Part shown: piece after piece, positions 16,757 through 24,733 of the stretch
Layout of the letters: each line of letters begins with the position of its first letter
How positions within the stretch are numbered: position 1 is the stretch's first letter
IMG/VR virus record: IMGVR_UViG_2563366803_000005
Location: 1 to 49,836 of that record
Source: a virus
Taxonomy: Duplodnaviria; Heunggongvirae; Uroviricota; Caudoviricetes
DNA: 49,836 nt
Direction: 5' to 3' (one strand)
Made by a program: the position numbers and the translations under genes
Notes under the pieces: generated by a model
What the model saw: only the letters and a program-made list of their open reading frames with translations
Database searches by the model: none
What the model was told of the DNA's origin: nothing

Positions 16757-17092
16757 TTATGGACTTTGTTGTTTTAGTCCATAAGGACATATTTGCAGAG
16801 TGCAACGGTTATTAAAGCATTCATTCAATACGTTATCTGTATTTGTAGGACATTCCTGGCTGTTTTTGATTAAATTCCAGAATGTTTTATTGAATGGTAC
16901 TACGTTGTAAATGGTTAAAGGTAGCACTTTGTTATTGAGCATGATACCTGTGTGAGTCAGTGTAAATATACTTTCAGGAGGTAAGAAAGCATCCGATTGA
17001 TACCAGATTATTAATTTTATTTTACTCCATATGACTGAAAAAGATATTCCGCATGATGGCTGGATAACTGTATCAATCACAATCCACTTCAT
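16757..17092 (-). CDS. AT-rich antisense moron, hypothetical Cys-containing protein
   Basis: 111 aa; AAGGAAA RBS before ATG 17092. Markedly AT-rich. A perfect 11-bp inverted repeat (16755-16786, CCTTATGGACT…AGTCCATAAGG) spans its stop codon. Confidence 0.45.
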   Translation of the reverse strand: MKWIVIDTVIQPSCGISFSVIWSKIKLIIWYQSDAFLPPESIFTLTHTGIMLNNKVLPLTIYNVVPFNKTFWNLIKNSQECPTNTDNVLNECFNNRCTLQICPYGLKQQSP

Positions 17093-17337
17093 TTAGTTTC
17101 CTTGTTTATGTCTTGCTGGTGATGTTCTGAAAAGTATAAATGATATTTTTGAATGTAAACCATAGAGCAGAATTATTTTTCTGATGTTGTTTATTGTTTA
17201 TTTAAATGCAGGGTGGTTTATATCTCGTCTTGTAGTTTATCCATGCATATCTGCTTGATGATGAGGTTTTTATTTAAGGTATGGTTTTGTGTTTTTTCTG
17301 TATTACATGTCAGGTATTTTAAAGAATTATTTTTCAG

Positions 17338-19314
17338 ATGGTGGAAAGAACCATGGCATTTAAACACTATGATGTTGTCAGGGCGGCATCGCCGTCAGAC
17401 CTTGCGAAACGACTGACACAAAAACTGAAGGAGGGGTGGCAGCCATTTGGCAGTCCGGTGGCCATCACGCCTTATACCCTGATGCAGGCCATTGCGGCGG
17501 AAGGTGATGTCACCACACCTGTGGTGGTGAAGCCGTCGGATGGAGAAGGCGCAGTTATCAGCACCACCAGCAACCCGGAGTATTACTTTGTTGTTGCCCT
17601 GGCCGGGCAGTCAAACGGTATGGCGTATGGTGAAGGGCTTCCGCTGCCGGAGACATATGACCGTCCGGACCCGCGTATTAAACAGCTGGCGCGTCGCAGC
17701 ACTGTCACGCCGGGTGGTGCGTCCTGTAACTACAATGACATTATTCCTGCGGACCACTGCCTGCATGATGTTCAGGATTTGAGTAAGTTTTCACACCCGA
17801 AAGCCAGCGCAGCTCAGTATGGATGCGTGGGGCAGGGATTACATATCGCGAAGAAATTGTTGCCGTTTATTCCGGCGAATGCCGGTATTCTTCTGGTTCC
17901 GTGCTGCCGTGGTGGTTCTGCATTTTTGGCGGGCGATGAAGGTACCTTCAGCGAATCCACCGGCGCAAGCGAGACCTCGGCACGCTGGGGTGTTGATAAG
18001 CCACTGTACAAGGACCTGCTTACCCGTACTCAGGCCGCACTGAAGGCCAACCCTAAAAATATTCTGCTTGCAGTGGTCTGGATGCAGGGCGAGTTTGATT
18101 TGAAACAGGGTGCATACGCCACTCAGCCGGGGCTGTTTGATTCCATGGTGGAAAAATATCGTTCTGACCTGTCGGAATTCGGAGGTCAGTGTCTCGGGGG
18201 CTCTCCGTCATCGGTTCCCTGGATTTGTGGCGACACGACCTACTACTGGAAGCAGACTTATTCTTCGCAATACGATGCGGTGTATGGTGCATACAAGACG
18301 AAATCCGCAAAAAAAATCTTCTTTGTGCCGTTTATGACGGATGAAAACGGGCGAAATGTGGGTACCAACGAGCCGTCAGAAGATCCGGATGTTGCGGATG
18401 TTGGGTATTACGGAGCCGGTGGTCGAACGGACGCCAAAACCTGGACGACGGCCGACCGTAAAACGCATTTTGGATCATGGGCACGTCGTGGGATTATTTC
18501 CGACCGTCTGGCAACGGCGATTCTTGTGCATGCCGGGAGAAACGCTGAATTCATTACCGGAAAACAGCCTGATACGGTGAAGCCCACCGGACCTTCCGGT
18601 GAAGGTACGGAGAGAGAGCCGGAAGCCCCGGTCAGTAACCGAACCCTGATGAGTCTGCTGGCGTCCGGCGAAGACCTGGCATCACAGGGCTGGCGCTATT
18701 ATCACAAACCGGCGAGCGGAGACAATGTTAACAAAAACATTGCTGAAGCGGTGGTCAGTGATGCGGGGGCTACGGGAGGTAAGGCCCTGCAACTGAATAA
18801 ACCGGAAAACCACATCTGGTTTCTGGAGCATGATGCAGCCGGACAGGGAGTGGAGTTACTGAAGAAGGGGGGACGTGTGAGCGTACGGTTTAAGTTGCCG
18901 GGTTCACTGGTGCCGAATCAGTTTGCCCTGGGCATTTACTGGCAGTTGTCGTCCCTGCCGGAGGGAGTGACGCTGGCAGAGGAAGGCAACGACATGCTGA
19001 TGTCCTTCTTCCTGCAGACGGATGCGACGAACCTGAACGCGATGCACCACAAGAAGCCGAATGCGAAGCTGGATACGTTCGGGGTCTTTGATAACGGATG
19101 GCACACACTGGCTTTTGAGTTTGCCGGAAACAACAGCATTCAGGTGACGCCGGTACTGGATGAGAAACGGGGGACGCCGTTCACACTGGTGAAATCTCCG
19201 GCATCAGGGGCGGCGGACAAACTGCAACTGACAGGCATATCAAAGGCGGCGACATATACGCTGCTGATTGACAGTGTGAAGGTGGAAGTGAACAACGCGG
19301 ACATCGCGGCATGA
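17338..19314 (+). CDS. nanS: Prophage sialate O-acetylesterase (NanS-p-like, SGNH/SASA domain) with C-terminal extension
   Basis: 658 aa (alternative start ATG 17353). GQSN motif (…VALAGQSNGMAYGEG…); C-terminal about 250 aa is beta-rich. Occupies the position downstream of Q where such esterases sit in Stx-type prophages. Confidence 0.75.
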   Translation: MVERTMAFKHYDVVRAASPSDLAKRLTQKLKEGWQPFGSPVAITPYTLMQAIAAEGDVTTPVVVKPSDGEGAVISTTSNPEYYFVVALAGQSNGMAYGEGLPLPETYDRPDPRIKQLARRSTVTPGGASCNYNDIIPADHCLHDVQDLSKFSHPKASAAQYGCVGQGLHIAKKLLPFIPANAGILLVPCCRGGSAFLAGDEGTFSESTGASETSARWGVDKPLYKDLLTRTQAALKANPKNILLAVVWMQGEFDLKQGAYATQPGLFDSMVEKYRSDLSEFGGQCLGGSPSSVPWICGDTTYYWKQTYSSQYDAVYGAYKTKSAKKIFFVPFMTDENGRNVGTNEPSEDPDVADVGYYGAGGRTDAKTWTTADRKTHFGSWARRGIISDRLATAILVHAGRNAEFITGKQPDTVKPTGPSGEGTEREPEAPVSNRTLMSLLASGEDLASQGWRYYHKPASGDNVNKNIAEAVVSDAGATGGKALQLNKPENHIWFLEHDAAGQGVELLKKGGRVSVRFKLPGSLVPNQFALGIYWQLSSLPEGVTLAEEGNDMLMSFFLQTDATNLNAMHHKKPNAKLDTFGVFDNGWHTLAFEFAGNNSIQVTPVLDEKRGTPFTLVKSPASGAADKLQLTGISKAATYTLLIDSVKVEVNNADIAA

Positions 19315-19670
19315 TAAAAAAAGCCGCCAGCGGTAGGAATGGAAGCTGGCGGAGGTAATCCCAATGGAGAATGTAAAGAAAAGATGCTTTCGACATCAAT
19401 CATTTCTAAATGAAAGCAGTTCTCATTGTCAACCATAACGGTAAGAAATTATGACATTTATTCATCAGGTAATGCTGTACTTCTGTATGGCAGTCTGTGT
19501 TATGTATCTTCTTTCGGGTGGGTACAGGGCAGTGCGCGATTTCTGGCGCAGGCAGATTGATAAAAGGGCCGCTGAGAGAATCAGCGCCAGTCAGTCAGCC
19601 GGAAGCAAACCCGAAGATCCGCTCATTCCGTAGTCACTTTCTTGACAACACCTTTCAACGAGAAAATCCC

Positions 19671-19916
19671 ATGTCAGAAATCACATCCCTGGTCACTGCT
19701 GAGGCAGTGAAGGAAGTCCTGCGCTCTGAAGAAGTCCTGAGCGCACTGAAACAGAAACTCCGCCAGAACCTTGAGTCGCGTCTTGATGCAGAAGTGGATG
19801 CCATTCTGGATGAGCTGCTGGGCGTACCAGCGGTTCCGGAGCCGGAAGGTATCGCGGGTGACGGGAGTGCTTCAGATGGCGGTGAACCCACACCTGACAG
19901 CGACATGATGATGTAA
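19671..19916 (+). CDS. Hypothetical small acidic protein
   Basis: 81 aa from ATG 19671 ([23 protein letters not shown]…); weak RBS. Confidence 0.35.
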   Translation: MSEITSLVTAEAVKEVLRSEEVLSALKQKLRQNLESRLDAEVDAILDELLGVPAVPEPEGIAGDGSASDGGEPTPDSDMMM

Positions 19917-19992
19917 GCCTGCGCAAGGGACCATCGGTGTGTGCCGGTGGTCTTTATATTGTTGTGAGCTTCCGGATAACGGGAGACGGGGT

Positions 19993-20208
19993 ATGTACCA
20001 GATGGAAAAAATCACAACAGGTGTGTCATACACCACGTCAGCGGTGGGAACGGGCTACTGGTTCCTGCAGTTGCTGGACAGGGTTTCCCCGTCTCAGTGG
20101 GCGGCAATAGGCGTGCTGGGGAGTCTGCTGTTTGGGCTGCTGACGTACCTGACTAACCTGTATTTCAAAATCAAAGAGGACCGGCGTAAGGCGGCGCGGG
20201 GAGAGTAA
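19993..20208 (+). CDS. S: Holin (class I/II phage holin with dual-start motif)
   Basis: 71 aa ([11 protein letters not shown]…), two in-frame Met separated by two codons, hydrophobic segments and charged C-terminus ([13 protein letters not shown]). RBS GGGAGACGGGG. Confidence 0.8.
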   Translation: MYQMEKITTGVSYTTSAVGTGYWFLQLLDRVSPSQWAAIGVLGSLLFGLLTYLTNLYFKIKEDRRKAARGE

Positions 20209-20212
20209 AGTG

Positions 20213-21103
20213 ATGAATAAAAAATATGAACTGGTTGTTAAGGGGATAAATAATTACGGGGATAAGGTTACTGTTACTGTGAAGCCGGAAGGTGACGGGC
20301 AAGCGTCGCTGTTGTTGCCAGATGTGGCGATTAGTCTTGACCGTACTGAAGGTGCCACGCTGGAGTTTTACGAAGCTGAGGCGAAAAAGCAGGCGAAGCA
20401 GTTTTTCATGGATGTTGCTGCCGGGTTATGTGAATGGAACGAACCGTTGCCGGAAAAGCGCCCCGTAATTTTAGAGGCGCAGGATGTGTTGATAACCTAC
20501 AAAGGAAAGCTACCGGGAAGAATTACTTGTTCTCTGAAGATGCCGCCGTCAACACTGCGGTCAGAAAAAGATGATGTTGAATCACGTATTGAAAAACTGG
20601 AGAGCTACGTCGTTGAGCTGAATAAGAAATGGTCGATATTGGTGCCTTCTGGCGATGAAAAGCAGTTTGCTGCGTTTGACGATTATTGTCGGAAAGTGAT
20701 GAGCAGAAATCTCGCAGAGTGTTTCAGTATTCATAATGATAATTTCAGTGACCCGGAATGGGAGTGTAACCGGCCATCCTTTGTTGTATCCGGTGATGCT
20801 GGGAAAATAACCATCTCAGAAAATGGGAAAGTAACACCTCCATCGCACCAGCACAGTGAGGAGCTCATTGAATTTGCCATTGATTACCTGAAGAACAATA
20901 AAAAGCAGGGGCTGATGAAGCGCGTTGGCCGTTGCATGGGATATCTTCAGGTAGCCGCTGAGATTGAAGCGCTGGCCAGTGGTGCTGATAAGGATGCAAT
21001 TGTGCGGGAGGCTCTTCTTCGTGATTTTAATACTCCACCCTTTAAAAAAGTGCCGGCTTACTGGCTTCATCCGGGGCTGACTTATCTTAAAGTGCGTATT
21101 TAG
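20213..21103 (+). CDS. Uncharacterised 296-aa protein inserted between holin and endolysin
   Basis: ATG 20213 (GTG 20210) five nt after the holin stop; RBS GGGGAGAG. No TM segment or catalytic motif recognised. Confidence 0.6.
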   Translation: MNKKYELVVKGINNYGDKVTVTVKPEGDGQASLLLPDVAISLDRTEGATLEFYEAEAKKQAKQFFMDVAAGLCEWNEPLPEKRPVILEAQDVLITYKGKLPGRITCSLKMPPSTLRSEKDDVESRIEKLESYVVELNKKWSILVPSGDEKQFAAFDDYCRKVMSRNLAECFSIHNDNFSDPEWECNRPSFVVSGDAGKITISENGKVTPPSHQHSEELIEFAIDYLKNNKKQGLMKRVGRCMGYLQVAAEIEALASGADKDAIVREALLRDFNTPPFKKVPAYWLHPGLTYLKVRI

Positions 21104-21139
21104 TGGGCCAGGGACAGCGGCTGAATATTTAATATATCC

Positions 21140-21673
21140 ATGAACACCAAAATCAAATACGGCCTGTCGGCTGCCGTTCTGGCGCTGATTGCCGCTGGTG
21201 CGCCTGCGCCTGACATTCTCGACCAGTTTCTGGATGAAAAGGAAGGCAACCACACCACGGCATACCGTGATGGTGCAGGTATCTGGACCATCTGCCGTGG
21301 TGCCATCATGGTGGATGGCAAACCTGTCGTTCCGGGCATGAAGTTGTCGAAGGAAAAATGCGACCAGGTTAATGCCATTGAACGGGATAAGGCGCTGGCA
21401 TGGGTGGAGCGCAATATTAAAGTTCCACTGACCGAACCACAGAAAGCGGGTATAGCGTCATTCTGTCCCTATAACATTGGTCCCGGTAAGTGTTTCCCGT
21501 CGACGTTTTACAGACGAATTAATGCTGGTGATCGAAAAGGTGCCTGCGAAGCGATTCGCTGGTGGATTAAGGACGGTGGCAGAGACTGCCGTATTCGTTC
21601 AAACAACTGTTACGGTCAGGTATCCCGTCGTGACCAGGAGAGCGCGCTGGCGTGCTGGGGTATCGACAGATAA
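21140..21673 (+). CDS. R: SAR endolysin (T4-lysozyme-like muramidase, GH24)
   Basis: 177 aa. N-terminal signal-anchor-release segment (KYGLSAAVLALIAAGAPAP) and catalytic E-x8-D-x5-T (EGNHTTAYRDGAGIWTICRG). Confidence 0.85.
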   Translation: MNTKIKYGLSAAVLALIAAGAPAPDILDQFLDEKEGNHTTAYRDGAGIWTICRGAIMVDGKPVVPGMKLSKEKCDQVNAIERDKALAWVERNIKVPLTEPQKAGIASFCPYNIGPGKCFPSTFYRRINAGDRKGACEAIRWWIKDGGRDCRIRSNNCYGQVSRRDQESALACWGIDR

Positions 21674-21829
21674 GCAGAATATTTTGCTGAAAAATGAGGA
21701 ATGGCCACGCGGGCGGATAACACGAAATCCTGCGAACTGGCGAAACGTAAGTGAATAAAAGTAAAAACCCCGTTTGTTGGCACCAAGCGAGGTTTTGTGT
21801 TTCTGACCTTGAGTAAGGCAAGGGAGAAC

Positions 21830-22012
21830 ATGGCGAAGTGTAAACGAATTCTGTTGAGGTTGACTATGAAAAATGGCCTTGAACTGAAAGCGCCTGTAAC
21901 TGATGACATCAGCAGAGCACTGGCTTTTGCCATTAAGTGGGTGGCGGTCGGTGTTGCTGTGTCCCCGATGCTGTATGGGCTGGCAAAACTGGTCATTGCG
22001 TTGAAATCGTGA
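21830..22012 (+). CDS. Hypothetical small membrane protein
   Basis: 60 aa from ATG 21830; AAGGGAGAA RBS; C-terminal hydrophobic helix. Confidence 0.35.
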   Translation: MAKCKRILLRLTMKNGLELKAPVTDDISRALAFAIKWVAVGVAVSPMLYGLAKLVIALKS

Positions 22013-22026
22013 AGGGAGGATTAAGC

Positions 22027-22158
22027 ATGTCAGACAAACTCATAACGCTGGCGAAGATCCTCTGTGTAATTGTCGGCATTTCATTTTCACTAATGCTGGT
22101 TGCTCTTTTTCTTTCCATGGCCTGGATGATGTTGTCTTCGTCGGGGTTGCTGGGGTGA
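22027..22158 (+). CDS. Hypothetical 43-aa membrane peptide
   Basis: Strong RBS GAAGGGAGGA before ATG 22027 ([43 protein letters not shown]). Confidence 0.3.
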   Translation: MSDKLITLAKILCVIVGISFSLMLVALFLSMAWMMLSSSGLLG

Positions 22159-22628
22159 ACATAAACCGAATGCTTTCCGCGTTTATCGTTATTCTGCTGG
22201 TGGCCTGTGGTGCGCTGTGGATGGCAACAGACCATTACCGTGATAACGCGATTACCTACAAAGCGCAGCGCGATAACAAAGCCAGTGAACTGAAGCTGGC
22301 GAACGCAACCATTACTGATATGCAGGTGCGCCAGCGCGATGTTGCTGCGCTCGATGCAAAATACTCGAGGGAATTAGCCGATGCGAGAGCTGAAAATGAA
22401 ACTCTTCGCGCTGACGTTGCCGCTGGTCGTAAGCGCCTGCGGATCAACGCCACCTGTCCAGGCTCCGTGCGTGAAGCCCCCACCACCTCCGGCGTGGATA
22501 ATGCAACCGGCCCCCAACTGGCAGACACCGTTACACGGGATTATTTCACCCTCAGAGAGCGGCTGATGACGATGCACAAGCAACTGGAAGGGGCACAGGA
22601 CTATATCCGCACTCAGTGCCTGAAATAA
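22155..22628 (+). CDS. Rz: i-spanin Rz
   Basis: 157 aa (or 152 from ATG 22170); N-terminal TM then coiled-coil periplasmic domain; contains the embedded Rz1 frame. Confidence 0.8.
   Translation: MNINRMLSAFIVILLVACGALWMATDHYRDNAITYKAQRDNKASELKLANATITDMQVRQRDVAALDAKYSRELADARAENETLRADVAAGRKRLRINATCPGSVREAPTTSGVDNATGPQLADTVTRDYFTLRERLMTMHKQLEGAQDYIRTQCLK
22396..22566 (+). CDS. Rz1: o-spanin Rz1 (embedded lipoprotein)
   Basis: 56 aa from ATG 22396 in the +1 frame inside Rz: lipoprotein signal ([15 protein letters not shown]) and proline-rich mature part ([16 protein letters not shown]). Confidence 0.75.
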   Translation: MKLFALTLPLVVSACGSTPPVQAPCVKPPPPPAWIMQPAPNWQTPLHGIISPSESG

Positions 22629-22938
22629 GTTTTGTTGATGCGCCGTATCGTCGCTATATTCCCTCATTAACAGAGACCGCAGCCCGACAGGGAGACTCCT
22701 CTGCGCGAGTGTGCGGGGATAATTAAAAACGATGCACACCGGGTTTTTACCGCGTTAATGATTCGCGGGTTTATCCCGGTGCGATGGTGGAAGAAACAGG
22801 AAGCTGTATTACAGAAAGTGCTACTACTGTATCCCGATGCGATGTATGTAATGTGAGTCAGATAATGGCACAGGATGTGGTGATGTGGCAGTCTGGAACA
22901 CAGGATATATTGTCAGAATAAGACCCGTAGGAATAAAA

Positions 22939-23265
22939 ATGAAAAGACGCCTTTTACTACTTTTTCTGTTATCTGTCCTGGCAGTGGGATGCTCGCAGCA
23001 AAAAGCTGATGAGCCCCGGCAATTAGTGACGGTGTATCCACGATATCCGGAATATGCTGCAGCAAATTATATCAAGGGGCTGGTTGAGGTTAAGTTCGAT
23101 ATTGGTGCTGATGGGACTGTGACACGGATCGTTTTTCTCCGCTCAGAGCCTCATAATTTGTTTCGTGATGAAGTGGTGAAGGCCATGGCGAAATGGCGAT
23201 TTGAAAAGAATCGCCCCTGTCAGGGAGTGAAGAGACAATTTATCTTTACGCCGTCACGTCCTTGA
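22939..23265 (+). CDS. Lipoprotein with TonB C-terminal-like domain
   Basis: 108 aa from ATG 22939: signal peptide plus lipobox (LSVLAVGC); mature part follows the TonB-C pattern (YPxxAxxxxIxGxVxVxFxIxxDGxVxxIxxLxS…AxxWRF). Confidence 0.55.
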   Translation: MKRRLLLLFLLSVLAVGCSQQKADEPRQLVTVYPRYPEYAAANYIKGLVEVKFDIGADGTVTRIVFLRSEPHNLFRDEVVKAMAKWRFEKNRPCQGVKRQFIFTPSRP

Positions 23266-23387
23266 TGCTTCCAGGTAGAGAGGGGCTGGACGCAGGAGAA
23301 AAATGAAAGAGCCAGCGGTTATATTTTTGTCATGGCTGACGAGGAATGATGGAAGAAGGCGTTGTATGCCACACAACGCCTCACTGT

Positions 23388-23567
23388 TCATTTCTTCTTT
23401 TTCTCTGGTGGAACCCGATGAATAAGAGTTGCACTGGTTTCCGATGAGATGGCGATATACTCGGGCAAAGTATGCTGGCAGTTTTCCAACTGGTCAAAAA
23501 TACCTGCTCTCGTCTGTTGCAATGCCTGCAGCATGCGGCGGCAATGCGCCTTGCTTTTACTAACCAT
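23388..23567 (-). CDS. Hypothetical protein
   Basis: 59 aa from ATG 23567 (MVSKSKAHCRRMLQALQQTRAG…); AGGA RBS; lysine-rich C-terminus; minus strand between lysis cassette and cos. Confidence 0.3.
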   Translation of the reverse strand: MVSKSKAHCRRMLQALQQTRAGIFDQLENCQHTLPEYIAISSETSATLIHRVPPEKKKK

Positions 23568-23628
23568 CTTTCCTTCCTCTATCAGTCGCTGCGTGAACTC
23601 ATCATGTAATACCAGGTAAATGCGGATG

Positions 23629-23880
23629 TTATCGGTTTTGGCTACGCAGCATAGTACAAAACGGACAGGTGCATCCCGGGACGGGGGAGGTGTCACATGT
23701 CCCTGTGATGGTTGTTCCGGGTAATGCACTGTGTGGGGCATAAAAATGTCCGATAATTTTACTTTCTACCGCAGTTAGTTGATTCGTTGGTCCTGGTAGC
23801 ACATTGGGCGAGGATTTAAATGCCAGGCAACTGAAGGATGATGTTGCAAGGGAGATAGCGAGAATATTTCTGATTTTCAT
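23629..23880 (-). CDS. Hypothetical secreted protein
   Basis: 83 aa from ATG 23880 with N-terminal signal-like segment (MKIRNILAISLATSSFSCLA); Cys-rich C-terminus. Confidence 0.35.
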   Translation of the reverse strand: MKIRNILAISLATSSFSCLAFKSSPNVLPGPTNQLTAVESKIIGHFYAPHSALPGTTITGTCDTSPVPGCTCPFCTMLRSQNR

Positions 23881-24028
23881 TTGATGATGCCTCTGTGTGA
23901 AATGACGGTAAACGACGCACTTGTGCCGGCACATAATAGCAAGCACCATAATAGATCAGATTCGATTCTTGCTGTAAGTGATAATTATTCTCGTTTTCGG
24001 GTCCTTTCCGTCGATCCAACAGGTTACG

Positions 24029-24040
24029 GGGCGGCGACCT
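24029..24040 (+). other. cosN cohesive-end site (lambda-type)
   Basis: GGGCGGCGACCT followed by CGCGGGTTTTCGCTATTTATGAAAATTTTCCGG, matching the lambda left end as recalled; preceded by …AGGTTACG; cosB-like region continues to about 24200. Confidence 0.8.
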
Positions 24041-24223
24041 CGCGGGTTTTCGCTATTTATGAAAATTTTCCGGGAACCATGTCCGGTTTCTCTTCAAGTT
24101 AACTATATGAAAAATAAAAAAAGAGGTCTTCTGTGAACCGGACATGCACAAAAAATAGACATGTAAGCCGGACATGACCGGTTTTGTTGTGATTGTGAAG
24201 TGAGAGTTTTTGCGAGGTGAGGA

Positions 24224-24733
24224 GTGGCTACGCAGACTGAAGTTGCCAGGCATTTAAGTCTGACCGATCGCCAGCTTCGCAGATTGCAGAAATTGCCGGG
24301 TGCCCCGATATCGAATAAGCGAGGGCAACTGGATCTGGATGCCTGGCGCGATTTTTACATATCGTATCTGAGAAGAAGTAAAAACGATGTGCCTGATGGC
24401 GATAGCGAAGACGACTATGAGGAGAAATTGCTTATTGCCAGATGGGAACTGACAGCAGAACAGGCTGTTACACAGCAGTTAAAAAATGAGGTGTCAAAAG
24501 GAAAACTTATTGATACCGGGTTCTGTATTTTTGCCCTCAGCAAGCTGGCAATGGCGTTATCCAGTACGCTTGATTCCATCCCTTTATCCATGCAGCGACA
24601 GTTTCCTGATTTAACACCGCGCCATCTTGACCATCTGAAAACCCTTATTGCGAAGGGGGCAAATCAGTGTGCGCGGGCGGGGGATAAATTACCGGATTTA
24701 CTCGATGAATATATCAGAGCAACAACTGAATAA
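24224..24733 (+). CDS. nu1: Terminase small subunit (Nu1-like)
   Basis: 169 aa from GTG 24224 (RBS GAGGTGAGGA). N-terminal HTH; C-terminus resembles lambda Nu1 (…FALSKLAMALSSTLDSIPLSMQRQFPDL…). Confidence 0.8.
   Translation: MATQTEVARHLSLTDRQLRRLQKLPGAPISNKRGQLDLDAWRDFYISYLRRSKNDVPDGDSEDDYEEKLLIARWELTAEQAVTQQLKNEVSKGKLIDTGFCIFALSKLAMALSSTLDSIPLSMQRQFPDLTPRHLDHLKTLIAKGANQCARAGDKLPDLLDEYIRATTE

Noticed and set aside
16052-17337. Shiga toxin genes at the Q-nanS locus
   Set aside because: No ORF resembles StxA or StxB (no signal-peptide A subunit of about 320 aa or B subunit of about 90 aa); the only ORFs are a 65-aa plus-strand and a 111-aa minus-strand gene.
19315-19350. Terminator after nanS (GCCGCCAGC…GCTGGCGG hairpin)
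   Set aside because: The stem is imperfect and no T-run follows.
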